Shown piece by piece: positions 27,462 to 41,300 of a stretch of 64,000 nucleotides of DNA. This DNA comes from Octopus vulgaris (Eukaryota), in NCBI GenBank assembly GCA_951406725.2, contig OX597840.1, forward strand, positions 36,146,001 to 36,210,000. The letters run 5' to 3'. The notes beneath the pieces are model-generated. The model did no database searches, was not told the DNA's origin, and was given only the letters and a program-made list of their open reading frames with translations. The first letter of the stretch is position 1, and every line of letters begins with the position of its first letter. Made by a program: the position numbers and the translations under genes.

Positions 27462-28666
27462 TACACAAACATGACAAAAGTAAATAGATACCCATTAACA
27501 CATTGTTATTATAACTTGAAGAGGTTTATATTTTTTTTATTAATTGACATTTATATGTTTCAGGTTCTATATGTAACTGTTTAATCATGCCATGTACAAA
27601 AGAAGCCTTAAAAATGTCCAATTTACAAAGAGGCCATATGCTGCACCTATTTCAAGGCTGACTTAGCCTAAAACCACAGAAAACATTGTGATTCTACTTC
27701 CTACAGTAAATAGAGTAATTTTTCAATTCACTAAACAGGAAAGTAGTCCATATCACCTTACCCAGGTAGACTAAGGCCCTCTGACAACACTTTGCTTTCT
27801 TAAGAGAAGTGTGTAAGATAATCCTCATTGCAAGGCCTCCAATATAGCAGAATAAGTTGATGTCAGTCCCAGAATAGCTGTCAGTTATCTCCGCAAAATT
27901 GGCTATTATGGCAGAGCAGCAAGAAAGAAGACACTGCTTCGACCAGCCAATATCAAATAGAGAAAAGATTGGACAAGTGAAATGGTAGAGAGGTCACTAG
28001 CACTTTGGGACACTGTCAAATTCTCTGATGAATCCAGATTTGCTGTATTTTCTGACACTGGTCGAATGTGGGTCTGGAGAATCAGTCAACAATATTTTCA
28101 CGTGAATATATTGCAGCCAACAATGAAACATGTGATGGTCTGGAGAGCAGTTTGGAGCAATAGTCAATAAGAAATGGTGGAATGTGAGGGATACATAAAC
28201 TCAGATAAATATGTGTCCATATTATAGAAAAATTTTCTTCCTATAACCTCCAGGGGTAAAATGATTAAATAACACTATTTATGGAAGATAGGGCTTTCTT
28301 GCACAACTAAAAGACCCAGGATTGGTTGGAACAGAATGGCATTAAAAAGCTTCCATAGCTAAGCCAATCACCAGATATGAACACTACTGAACACCTCTGA
28401 GGCATGATGGATGAGATACTTCCTAAAAAGAAAAAGAAAGCATCCTTAAAGCCAAATCTTTTGATATTACTGCAAGAAACTTGGCAAGAAAATCATGAAG
28501 AGAATATTCATCAGATCAGTAGCTTGCCTGCTAGGGTCCTTGCATTCAAAAATGCAAGGAGCCTGTCTACTAAATATTAGATATTCACATTATAATAATT
28601 AATAAATAATTTAAATAAATTTTAACAATTATAAGGATGTCTATTTAATTCTGTCATGTCTATGTA
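27462..28666 (+). mobile_element. Tc1-like DNA transposon, decayed but with both TIRs
   Basis: Left tacacaaacatgacaaaagtaaatagataccc. Right (reverse complement) tacatagacatgacagaattaaatagacatcc. TA at both ends. Transposase motifs GYYGRAARKK, FSDESRF, QPTMKH, SQSPDMN. Confidence 0.88.
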
Positions 28667-28699
28667 GTTTTTGAAGCAAAACACAATGGAAACATTAAT

Positions 28700-29680
28700 A
28701 TTAAGACCTTTTCAAAAATCTCTCTCAAGCTTTTCATGCACACTAAGATTTTATTGACATTCATTCAAATTCACTCATTCCAACATGAAACAATTTTTTC
28801 CATCAAAAACTTTGTGATGTTTTCACTTTCTCTAATTTGATTTAGATCCTCTAAGTGTCTCTAATGCATTCATGCCTTAATTTCAATTTGTTGCCTAAAT
28901 TTTTCCTCAGGGCCAACTCAACAAAAAGAAATTAATGAGAGACCTAATTGCCTTTCATCTTGATCACATAAATACTCCCACATATTTGGTGCTCAAATAC
29001 AGCATGCTCCACACTAGGAGATTGACAATTACTCAGTATATGCAAAAATCAAACACATCATACATTTGCAGTACTAACAAGCCATTACTATTGCATTTTC
29101 TGGCTTCATGTTTCCCAATTGTATCCAAATATTTTTTAACTCTGCAAATGCTTTCATTGAAATCAACAAGTATAAAGATTTTATAAGCAGAAAGAACACT
29201 GCACAGAAGCTTTTTTCATGAAAGATATTTTTTTCTCTTCAGAGGAACACATGGTTGGAGGGTAGACACTTACTAAGGTAACAAATCTCTTGTTTGACAA
29301 TGGCAATCTCACTGACATCAAGGTAATCAGTAAATCCAAAGAGAAATCTCTCACATTGTAGAAACTATGAAATTCTTTAACTTTTTTTTTCAAACATTAC
29401 ACAAGCCTCCCAATTGCACTCACCAACCAATGTACAGTGAAGTGACCTTCATTTTAGACAATAACATTGTCTATGTTATATCACTACAACTCCTATGATT
29501 CAAAAACTGATCCACTTTCAGGGAAAGTTGAAGAGGATTCATAATCTGAGATGCCAATATTTCACAAACATTGAATGGTCTGTACTCTCTTGCAGTAGCA
29601 AGATGACACATAGGCCCAGGCTGCAATACCACCTTCCAAGCCAGACCTGTCACTATCCATTCCACATCCCTTCTTGATAT
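28700..29680 (-). mobile_element. Highly decayed RTE endonuclease region
   Basis: SVRLPLSNKRFVTLVSVYPPTMCSSEEKK in ORF 29181..29393. Confidence 0.6.
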
Positions 29681-30016
29681 TACTCTAAATTATTTACATT
29701 TTTCAATGAGTATTTTGCACTTTTTGTTAACAGTTACCTATAATATACATCACACACATGCAATAAACTTCATATAGTTCCCATCAACCACTTTTAATAA
29801 AAATGCATTTGTTGGTCCCTACCTATAGTCGAAGACTCTTGCCCAAAATGCCACACAGTAGAACTAGACTGGGAAACAAACGTATTTTACATTTGCAAAC
29901 ATATATGTCTTATAGAAATTTTTAAATATACAAAGAGAAACAGGTGTTCAATTTACAAACAGCTACAGTTAACTAACAGAATACTTAATAAATTAACAAA
30001 AAACGTATGTACTTAC

Positions 30017-30394
30017 AGGTGAAGTTTCGCATGGGGCTACTTGTTTGGTAAAATCCACATGTATAAAGAAAAGTCTACATGTATAAACTGTTGTGGTGAA
30101 AGTCATTGGCACCCCTATGGGATTGGATGAATGGACTAGCAAAACTCTTATAACAAAAACTAGCATATTGGTTGAGACAAAGAGAGCCATAAGAGTTCAT
30201 GGAAGTTGTTGATGTTGTTCAGAGTTTGTATTTATTGGAGAATTGTGTTTAGTGGAGTAATCTGATGCAGGTTGTGTGAAGACAGTTGTGTCTATCCCCG
30301 CTTCGTGAAATTGGTATATCCAGCATATAGTAGGATATAAGGTAAACAAAAGTCTGCATGTAAACCCATAAGTGTAATCATTCATTTTTTAACT
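30017..30394 (-). other. Candidate internal exon of unknown product
   Basis: Strong polypyrimidine acceptor ttttctttttt.ctttcag and donor gtaagt. ATG 10 nt inside. One frame is open apart from a single TGA. Confidence 0.3.
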
Positions 30395-30999
30395 CTGAAA
30401 GTAAAAAAGAAAAACATCGTAATAGTAGTGAAAGGAAAATTTTGGCTTTAATTTCAGTTCACTACTCTTTATTTGAAGTGACAACTAGCAATTCTTTCTG
30501 TAAACCATTTATATTACAGCCAAGCATTATGCAAATGGAAACTTTTACATGTCGCAGGAAAGATATAAATGCAAGCAATGTGGGGCCAACTTTTATTAAA
30601 ACTACACAATAAATTCATCATGTATGTGTACACCCCTGTGTACCTGCCAAATTTAAGACACATTTACGATAATTCAATGTAAAAATCTAACATAAAAATT
30701 CAAAAATATAAATCCCACTGTAAGGGAGGTCACTCTAAAAATCAACATTGGGGAAGTGTCAAACACTTCAAATTAACTCCCTTAACCAACAAGAAAAACA
30801 ACTCTTGCCATGACTTTGAAATGTTAATTATTTAAATATAATTTCCCTTTAAAAACGATGGACATAATTATAAACTACTCTATACACAATTTTTGTGGTG
30901 CCGTACGCCAACAAAAATATTAAATGGGATAAGGATCTGCCCTTTTCTGATGTATACATTGAATCGTTTCCTTTCTACACAACAGAACCTAATACTATA

Positions 31000-33425
31000 G
31001 GTTGGGTTCCCTTTTTCCAATCGATGTCAATACGAAGTAGATAACATCGTTTCGAGATGTTACCATCGGGATGACTACATTCACACAGCTTTCGCCAATT
31101 CTGAAGAAGTTGAGAGGAAGAACACGAGGGTGGAACACACTTCCTTGGAAAGAAAAAGTTTGTCACTTGAAGGAATGATGTAGGCAAATAGACGGGTCGT
31201 GCACTTCACAGATGATGGAGTAGTCCCTGATATACGTAGGGTTAGGACACTGACGATATCTATTGAGCTGTTGTGAGCAGCACTCATTTTCATCGTGACC
31301 AATTTACATTGAAGCTGGTCCAGGCCCTGTTTCGATATACTTCGTCCAACCAGACACTACTGGAATCCAGTGTCTGCCATAACGTTGTGACGGATAAATT
31401 GAGTCGATCGTGAAAGGGAAGTGGCAAAACCCGATGCCTTCCTGGCAAGTGTGTCTGCTTGAATGAAGTTAGTGATATAATGATGGCTATCAGAAGAACT
31501 TTTTCCCCCACGAATACCAGGGTTCATTATATATATGGTGGTCAAGAATCATAGCTTAAGTAGAGGATTCGTTAGGGAGGTCGACCAGAAGCCATAGGCT
31601 GTTGAATATTGCAGAAGTGTGGTCTTCCGTATCAGCTGTGTTGATTTGAACGTGCTGATGAGGACGGCGTTATCGGCGGAAGACACTCTCATATTGATAC
31701 AGGATGACACACCAAGCGTATTTGTGGTTGCAGGTGAAGCATTTCCGCGTGCATTCCTGTACACGACGTCTGTAATTGAGTTTTCTGCAGTGAATGCAGG
31801 GGTTGGCGGTGGGTATATCACGGAGTTAGTCGGATTTATTGACCCATCGTTGCCGCTCCTGGTCCTTATATGAACTAAATGCCACAGTGATTGGGTAGTG
31901 CTAAGGCCCATGAGACAGCTGGCTGAGAGTTCTCCACTTTCTTTTGCCTCGACGTACTTTGGAGCTTCTTCCAATGTTATGTCTTACTTCCAGTCACCCA
32001 TTGTGTCAAGGCGTATCTCCTCGTACTCCGACACACTTACAAGAACATCGCGAACTATGACGTTCCAGGGGCATACTACTTTGAGGTTGCACACTGCCAT
32101 CGACGACATGCAGTCAATGTCCTAACGGATTCCTCCAGATCCAGGCGCATTTGTCCTTCATGCACAAGAACGACCATCACATTTTCTTTGCGGACAACCA
32201 TGGACGTAATGTGATTGAGAACAGTTCGCTCATCACTGGAGGCCAACACACCGAATATCCATGTTAAATCTTTTCTGAGTGTCCCATTGCAACATTCGAA
32301 AAGCTGAAAGACTACTTCGTTACACCTAAGTCCACTATCTTGTGTGTAGTTTGAACATCTCAGTTCAAAGTAAGCCCGTTTCTTGCTAGTTCCAGCTGCG
32401 GGGATGACGGGGCAGCAGACCTTCTCGAATGAGAATTGCATTGGAGCTACTTATTGCCAAGCATTCCGATGGGCAGTGACGTCTACAAAGCAAGGCAACA
32501 GTTAGATGCAAAAAAGGATCAACGAATAAAATTGTAACTACTAGTGGAAGGAGAATTCCCGAATTCGCGAATATTACGGTATTGAATGCACTGACAGCCA
32601 GTAGAAACAGTTCTGTTTCCTACGTCTTCAACCACCATTTCTTTACTTCGGAATCTCACAAACAAGATCGAAAAAAACTTTTGAATCACACATCAGAAAT
32701 ATCTTCTCCTTATGCTGACCAGAAGAGAATTAATGCATTCGAGCTTTGGTGCTGGAGAAGACTTTTATGGATTCCATGGACAGTGAGGCTCACCAAACCG
32801 AGGAGTTCTTAAGCAGATAAGGCCGAATATACCTCTAGAAGCTAGGATCACGAAGCATAGATTGGCATATTTCAGTCATATTATGCAGAGAAAATCCCTG
32901 AAAAAGAACATCATGCTCGGAATGGTTAGTGGCAAGAGAGGAAGAGGCCGACCAAGAACCCGCTGGCTTGACACCATCAAGAGTGATACCAGAATGCACA
33001 TAGCCAATCTGAAAGAAGCGGCCCAGGATAGAACTGACTAGAGGACAATGATCCAATGAGTGACCAAGAGTCGACTTCGACTGAGCGGATAGAGAGAGAG
33101 AGTCCTTTTCATGATGTAAACATATTTTCACGAATATGTTTAACAAGAAATCACTATATCATGTAGTTAACAGTACAAGAGCTACATATTGCCTTCCTTG
33201 GTTACATTTCTCCTATTGTAGTAGTGAATTGGGCATGATTGAATATTTGTTACCAGGGGGCGTGAAATGTAATAAGATGTCTTCTACTTCACGAAAGGAA
33301 CAAGATTTATTAGGGAAGAAAAGAGTTAAGTACAGAGATGGAGGCAACAAAGTGAATGACGAGCAACAGCTGTAAGATGAACAAGGTGGACGTATGTCGA
33401 AGTAATCGTGTACGAGAGTCAAAAA
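31000..33425 (-). mobile_element. Gypsy gag-protease remnant, copy 1, with putative 5' LTR end and PBS near 33245-33425
   Basis: Gag motifs YFELR.S.Y, QLFECC..LRKDLT, VRKENVMV, EEA.KYVEAKESG.LSAS. Protease motif MADTGFQ. On the minus strand, AATAAA is followed by tggtaacaa (PBS-like). Confidence 0.75.
32710..33102 (+). mobile_element. 5'-truncated RTE/BovB-like LINE end inserted in Gypsy copy 1
   Basis: RINAFELWCWRRLLWIPWT...GKRGRGRPRTRWLDTIK, followed by a (GA)n tail. Absent from the paralogous copy at ~35290-35370. Confidence 0.8.
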
Positions 33426-33569
33426 GACAACTAACCCTAAACCTCACTATAACACACACACATACATACATATACACGCACTATACACACATACAAACTC
33501 CTAGCACACATACGAACATGCATACATACACCTTCAATCAAATACTACACACACGTGCAGATGCATACA

Positions 33570-33600
<31 letters not shown>

Positions 33601-33864
33601 GTGAGAGAGAGTGTTTAAAGAAAGGTGCATGAGCTAGTTGTACTTTGTCAGACTTTATGTTTGGAGTTTCCTTTCTGTCAGAGTCGACTTCACTTCCACA
33701 CCCTTGGATTCATACATTATGCCTGCCACATTTAAGACACATTTACGATATTTAAAGGCAAAAATCTCACATCTTTTCAAATTACCTCCTAAGGGATGTA
33801 GGGAAGCGTTTAAATATAATTTCCCTTTGAAAACGATGTCAATACAAAGCAGATAAAATCGTTT

Positions 33865-35670
33865 ACATCAACGCTGGTCCAGGCCCTGTTTCCATAGACC
33901 TCGTCCAGCCAGGCACGACTGGCATCCAGTGTCTGTTATAGCGTTGCGACGGAGAGCTTCGGTCGGTCGTGAAAGGGGAGTGGCGAAGCCCGATTTCTTC
34001 GTGGCAGCTGCATCGGTATGAATGAAGGTAGTGACAAAGGGATGAAGGTCTGAAGAGAATTTTATCAAGGAATTGCAGGGTTCATTATACACATGTTGTC
34101 AACAATTATTAGTAGGGTAGATAATCCGTTTGGGAGCTCGACTAGAAGCCATAGGCTGTTGAATATTGCAGATGCGTGGTCTTCCATGTCAGCTGCGTTG
34201 ATTGGAACCTGCTGATAAGGACGGCGTTATCGGTGGAAGACATTCTCATGGTGATACAGGATGCCACACGTAGCCTAGTTGTGGTTGTAGGCAGAGAATT
34301 TCTTCATGCCTTCCTGTACATGACGTCTATAATCGTGCTTTCTGCAGTGACTGCAAGGATTTGCGCTGGGTGTATCATGGGTTTGCCGCATTTATTGACC
34401 AAACGCTGAAAGTGCTGCCTATTTGAACTTGAGGCCACGGTGATCGAGGAAGTGCTGTGGCCCAAGAAGCGGCTGGCTGAGCGTTTTGCACTTTTTTCTC
34501 GACGTACATCGAGGCTTCTTCCAAGGTCATCTCTTACTTCGAGTCACCGATGGTGTCAAGGCGTATCTCCTCATCCTCCAACACACGTACATGAGCATTG
34601 TGAACTATGACGTCGCTGTAATCAATCGTGGCATACAAAGGCCTCCCAGCGGCATTCAACTTCAAAGTTACAGACACATGACTGCCATCGAAGATATGCA
34701 GCAAATCTCCCGACAGGTTCGTCTCGATCCAGGCGTATTTGCCATACCTGCACACGAACGCCCATCACATTTTCTTGGCGGACAGCCATGGACTTAATGT
34801 GAGTGAGGACTCTTCTTTCATCGCTGGAGGCCAGTGCACCAAACGTCCATGTGAGATCTTTTCTGAAGGTCTTATTGCAGCATTCGAGAAAATGGAAGAC
34901 TATGTTGTTACACCTAAATCCAATGGCTTGTGTGTAGTCTGAACATCTCAGCTCAAAGTAAGGTCACTCCTCGTTACTTACAGCTGCGGCGATGACGGAC
35001 CTTGTCGGGTGAGATTTTCATTGAATGGGACTGTTGCCACGCTGTCCGATGGGCACTGACGTCTACAAAGCAAGGCAACGATTACAAGCAAAAGAGGATC
35101 AATAAATAAAATTGTAACTGCTACTGGAAGGAGGATTCTCTAATTCGCGAACATTACGGTATCAAATTCACTGACAGACAGTAGACAGAGTTCTATTGTC
35201 TGCTTCTTTAACCACCATTTCTTTACTTCCTAATCTCACAAACGAGGTCGAAAAAAATTGTGATCTACACATAAATAATAGGAGATATCAGAAATATTTT
35301 CTTATGCGTCAACGTATATTATCAAGTAACCACTAGTCATTACATATTCGGAAACGCAATATCTTTACGAATATGTTTAACAACAAATTACTATATCCTG
35401 TGGAAAACAGTAGAAGAATTACATGTTTCCATCCTTGGTTTCCTTTCTCCTATTATAGTAGGCAATGGGGCATTGTTGAATATTTGTTACCAAGGGACGT
35501 GAAATATAACAAGATGTCTTCTACTTCACGAAAGGAACAAGACTTATTAGGAAAGAAAGGAGTAATGTACAGAGATGGAGGCGACAAGGTGAATGACGAG
35601 CAACAGCTGTAAGACGAGCAAAGTGACACCATGTCGAAGTCATTGTGTACGAGAAAACAAAAACTAACCA
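33865..35670 (-). mobile_element. Gypsy gag-protease remnant, copy 2
   Basis: VRQENVMG...DRDEPV, IDYSDVIV...LEDEEIRLD, ITDTGCQSCLAG. Collinear with copy 1. Confidence 0.78.
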
Positions 35671-36309
35671 TATAGCCCTAAGCCTAAACCTCACTATAAC
35701 ACACACACACATACATACATATAGATACACACGCACACACACATACATACATATAGATACACACGCACACACACATACATACATATAGATACACACGCAC
35801 ACACATACAAACGCGCAACACGTACACGCATACAAACACTTTCACGGAAACACTACACACACACACATGCATGCAGATATATAGATATATCCAAACACAC
35901 GTGTGTGCGTGTATTAAAGAAAAATAAACGAGACAGTTTTATATTTTGTCAAAATTTATGTTCCGAGTTCAGATTCCGTCTGAATCGATTTCACCTTCAT
36001 ACCCGTGGTTCCATACATTGTGCCTGCCAAATTTAAGATATTTGAAGGCAAAAATCTCACTTAAATATTCAAAAATATATATATATTTCCCTTTGTAAGG
36101 GAAGTAACAACTAAGATTTGTTAAAATACCAAGACGTATTTTAAAATTACCTCCCTTACAAACAAGAAACACAACTCTTGCCATGACTTTCAAGTGTTTA
36201 AATATAATCTCCCTTTGAAAACGACGGACATAATTATAAACATCTTTATAACCAGTTAAATGGGTTAAGAATCTACCCTTCTATCAAAGATACATTAAAT
36301 CGTTTCCTT

Positions 36310-36915
36310 TCTAGACGACACAACGCAATAGTATGGGCTGTTTACACTTTTTCCAATCGATGTCAATATGAAGCAGATAACATCGGTTCCAGATATCTAG
36401 GTCGGGGCGACTACATAGCCACACTTTTCTCCAATTCTGGAGAATTGGAGATGAATAGCACGAGGGTGGCACACGCTTGGTTGGAGAGGAACAGTTTGTC
36501 AGTTGAAGGAGTGATGTACGCATATTCACGGGTCGTGCACTTCGGGTCAGGACACTGACGATATCTATGGAACTGCTATGAGCAGCACTCATTGTTATGT
36601 TGACCACTTTAAGTTCACGCTAATCCAGGCCCTCTTTAGATAGGAGACTTTTCCCAGATAGACACAACTGGCATTCAGTGTCTGCCATAGCGTTGTAACG
36701 GATAGCTTGGGTCGGTCGTGAAAGGGAACTGGCGAAACCCGATGCTTGCGTCGGCATGAATAGAGGCAGTGACGAAGGGATGGGCGTTAGACCCTTGCCG
36801 GATGCAGTTTATTCCCCATCCAGCAATTATCCTGTTTGTCGCTCTGCCAGACTCGCAAAGACTGTCACAAAAGCATGACGCACAAATGTCACATTGCCCT
36901 TTTATCGTCACATCA
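36310..36915 (-). mobile_element. Gypsy protease-region remnant, copy 3
   Basis: Homologous to 30975-31500. atggcagacactg on the minus strand encodes the ADT protease motif. Confidence 0.65.
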
Positions 36916-37189
36916 TCAATATTGATTAATTGTCTCTAACACTAATTATCGTATTTTCGTTAACCATTTAATACATATTATCAGTCTTCTTTGCTTCCCT
37001 CTTGGGGAGGGAATAGAGGATTACAACTAAACATACATATATTATCATTTATTACATTACATTCAATTAGCCATACCTTATTCGTTTCATTATCCACCAT
37101 GTTTTCCTTCACGTTTCAGGTATACTAAGGAGTTTTTTCATTGCTTCAATCAGTGTACATAAAGTGTTTGTGAAAGCAAACAGTTTTCA

Positions 37190-37965
37190 AACTTATTTAC
37201 TGAAGAGTTTCTTATAACTAAATCACTAACAGAACTAGATAACAAATTTCTCTTATGTAAGCAATGTCGAGAATCAAGAGGCAATAGAATTAACCTACCC
37301 AAAATCAAAGTCTTAGTAAGTAGGAAAGCAGAAAAATTGTAAAGCCCTTCAGGTAGATGGCCCTACTCAATTTGAAGGAAACGGGTAGGTAGATGTACTC
37401 AGTGTAACACATAATAGGTGTTGAAATATCAGAGGAAGGTAAACTGGGAAAATACATTTTGTATGTGGAAGGTGCACATGTATGTACAGAAAATGGACTT
37501 CATCAAATGCCAGAGGTGTACGATAGAGATCGTTGAGTAAAAAAGTCAGTAGCAGAGGTGGATGAATCAAGAGTGTGGCTGCAAAAATAAAGATAGGCTG
37601 AGCAAATTCAGGGAGCTCGTTCCTTTGTTTGGTAACTAAGGGACTCTCCTTCAGAGTGAAAGGCAGATTTATGATGCCTGTGCAGACAGCTATGCTACAT
37701 GGCAGTTAAACATGGTCTGTGACTGCAGAGAACATGTATAGGATTGGAGAAAATTAAGCTAGCATGCTTCACTGGATGTGCAATATCATTGTGCATGCAC
37801 AACAAAATCTAAATGTTTTGAGAGAAAATTTAGGCATAAGAATCATCAGGTATAGTGTGCAAGAAAGACGACTGAGCTGGTGTGGTCATGTGATGCATGT
37901 AGATGAGGACAGCTGTCTGGAGAAGTTCTGATCTCTAACAGTTGAGAGAAGCTGTGGAAGAAGTA
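37190..37965 (+). mobile_element. RTE RT C-terminal fragment, continuing at 40587-40695 after the piggyBac
   Basis: AMLHGS*TWSVTAE...RRLSWCGHVMHVDEDSCL. Paralogous to 25870-26525. Confidence 0.75.
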
Positions 37966-40588
37966 GTTACTATATTTCTGACCAAATTACACCCCTTATG
38001 TGTTTCAATTAATTTCTAACATAATCATAAATTTAGTCTGGTTTAATTAAACAACTATAATTTGTTTATTTATCAATATATTAATCTGATTTTTGGAAGA
38101 TAATTTAATGAAAGGTTCTCAACCAATTCTATACAATAACTTTGGTCACAAAGTGACTCTAATTGCAGGTAAATACAGGTAAATTCAACAAAATATAAAA
38201 TTATTAAAATTTTTGTTCAAACATCGCTATAGAAAATGGGTTATTAGCTAATATTCAATTAGGTATACAACAAAATTTTACTATAGAAGAGTTGTGCACA
38301 TTACTGGATTCATCAGGTGAATTTAAACACACACAAGACAGGTGTACCATGAAGGTATAAGTAAATCAAAAGACTGGAATTTGTCTCTGAAGAAAACTAG
38401 AAAACAAAATAGACAGACACCATCAACTAGATTAAATAAGCTCTCCCACATACATAGATACACAGATACAATAATGCATAGATACATACATAAATACAAT
38501 AATGATTTACAAAAGAAATTAATCAAAATTCGTCACCCACCTTACAGGTAAATTAAAATAACAAGTAAATTAAAATTACAGAAATAAAAATAAAAACAAA
38601 GTAAATTTGAAAATATTTATAAAATCATATCACACATAGATACAAATCAAACAATATTCCTATCGTGAAAACTTCTAAAGCACCCTACTCGACATAATGC
38701 AACCTTGCAGAATGCACATTGGAAAGTTGTTTCAACAGCCCATCCACTAGGAGCTTTCCTTTTTAGATGCAGGCATTCGCGACACTGCTTTTTGCAACCC
38801 TCAATTTTGTCTAATTTATGGATATTGGCTGAATTCAGAGGGATATCCCTCTGGCAGGCTTTGCTTTTTCTCCCTACAGTTATTTTTTTGAGGAATAACC
38901 AGCTCTTAGTTGCGTTGCTACATCTGCTTGGAACCGCAGATAGTCGCATCGCTTCCGAGCCGGTCACGATTTGGTATATAGTATAAACGCATTAGTAATA
39001 CTCATGTTTACTATATACCAAACCAGGTATCACCACCATTTATTCCCCGGTCTGCCAACTGGATAGTAAGACATCATCTGATTCAGCTGATCTACACCAC
39101 CTATGTACCTGTTATAATCGAAGCTCACAAATGGCGTGCCATTTTCATCCACATGTGGCCGTGCACAGGTAGACAGAAAATTGATCTGCCTCTTATCTCT
39201 ATGCGGTCGCTAGCAAATTTCCTTTCTGCCGTTGAATTATTTCACCTTTTTTTTTTTTAATTTTGCTTTTTTTATATCCAACGGCAGTCCTATTCTACAA
39301 GCGATCACTGTAGCACATGTATGTGTTGCCACAGTATCTAAATTCTCCGCAAGTTTGACCGAACTGAAAAATCGGTCAAAAAATAATATACGGCCCTGGT
39401 TATGGTATGGAAGTGATAAATTCAAGACCACATCGTACCCTAGGCCATGCTGACTTACATGATTGTCTCTTTTGCCTGTATAAAATTCAAATCCTGAGCA
39501 GTACCCAGTATTTGATTCGCAATTCTTCCAGACTTTGATCCACCATTTTGTGGGTTTTCCGGGCATGTACTTTCGGAAACGTACCCGGCCTTTATAGTCC
39601 ACCATGCCCTCATCAATTGATAACCATCTCCACAGTTTATAAACAGTTTTATATGTGTTTAGAACACAGTCGATAATGGGTCTTATTTTAAATAAGGGAT
39701 CAAAGCCTGGTTCTCCACGTACTGGTGTACTGCTCGTGTCTCTTACATGCAAATATTGGGTCAATTTTAGAAATCGTGTCCTCGTCATTATACTTGAGAC
39801 ATACTTGTCTCCAAAGGGCTCATCGCTACTACAGTAATTTGTTATTCTGGGTAACTTCCTGATACCCATAATAATATTAATGGCAAAATAGTCCTTCATT
39901 TCATTTAATGTTGTGGGAAACCACAAACTATCTTTTCTTTCACTTTGTTTACATTTAGCGTAACGGTTCGTTTCCGCCGTAATGAGTTCAAACAGACTCA
40001 CTGGAAATAATAAAAAAAAATAGTCTATCGCTTTACTCTCCTGAGAAAGACTGTGGCTTGGTCCAGTTTCTTCAGGAAAATCACTAGAAGAAACAGTTTT
40101 TAAATTTTCACTCCATTCAGGAGCCAATACATCTTCTTCATCGCTGTCGGAGTTCTCGGAATCACTGGTCTCACTATCGGAAAATGAAACATCGGATTCA
40201 TTTTCAAATACCAAGTGCTTTTCTTTTTCAGTCATAGCGTGAGATTTATTAAGGTCTTCAGTAGAAAATACTTCGAATACCGAATCGCTGCTTCACAGAA
40301 CGAAATTTGTATCCATTTTTTGTCAGAATTACAAATTTTAAAAATATAACAGGAACAAATTTGGAAAAAAATCTCAAAAAATTCACGGAATCAAAATAAC
40401 ACGTCGATCGTTGTACAAAACTGTAGATGAATGTTTACGAAGTATAATTACGTGTTTTCGAGAATGTACTAACGAGATTTGCTCTGATATTTTTATTTAA
40501 ATATGACTAGGTCAATTCGGGCGGGTTGGGGCGGTTTGGTCACATTAACCAAAATTTTTTTCGGGCGGTTTCGTAACGAAAGGGTTAA
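37965..40588 (-). mobile_element. piggyBac transposon (PGBD4-like transposase, frameshifted)
   Basis: ORF 39237..40235 has ETNRYA, LSIDEGM, MPGKPTKW, FFDRFFSS. Downstream: YNRYIGGVDQLNQ and a C-terminal Cys-rich CRECL...CAFCKVALC...CF domain (38647..38967). Terminus reads TTAA-CCCTTTCGTTAC on the minus strand (40573-40588). Confidence 0.92.
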
Positions 40589-40719
40589 GAAGGCATTGGA
40601 CAAGGTGGTAAAGCATCATCTTTGACTGTTGAAACTCACGGACGCAACGACTAATGACTGACACCTTTGGTGACATGTCATGCTTGAGAAGACAATAGAT
40701 TGTCTTTTATATACATGTA

Positions 40720-41045
40720 TGGCCGTGTAATAAGCAGTTTCCTTATGAACCGCAATGTGCTGGGTTCAGTCTTACAGCGTGGCACATTCGGCAAGTGTAT
40801 TCAACTATACCCTCGAGCCGACCAAAGACTTCTGAGTGGAGTTGGTAGATGGAAAATGAAAGAACTCCGTCGCATATATGAATATAGGCGCAGGAAAGTA
40901 GTTTGCTTACGAACCACATATGTTCGGGTTCATTCCCACTGCCTGGCATCTTGTGCAATTGTCTACGACTATAGCCCCGGGCCAACCAAAGCCTTATCAT
41001 TGGATTTGGTGTAAGGAAACTAAAATAATCCAATCGTATATATGT

Positions 41046-41115
<70 letters not shown>

Positions 41116-41300
41116 CTGTGTTTGTCCCCAAACATCACTTCACAACTAATGCTAGTCTGTTTACGTCCCCGTAACTTAGAGGTTCAGCGAAAGAGACCGA
41201 TAGAATAAGTACTAGGCCTACAAAGAATAGGTCCTGGGGTCGATATGCTCGACTAAATGTGGTGCTCCAACATGGCCACAGTCAAATGACTGAAACAATT
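40720..41300 (+). mobile_element. tRNA-SINE with two tandem heads and a 3' module
   Basis: Two head units followed by a microsatellite and the cgtccccgtaacttag...gactgaaac module. Confidence 0.75.

Noticed and set aside
34534-34755. Novel or viral protein in globular-looking ORFs (also 32076..32441 and 31549..31974)
   Set aside because: Explained as frameshifted Gypsy gag.
38647-40235. Domesticated PGBD gene
   Set aside because: It is frameshifted, has stops, retains a TIR and interrupts a LINE, so it is a decaying transposon.
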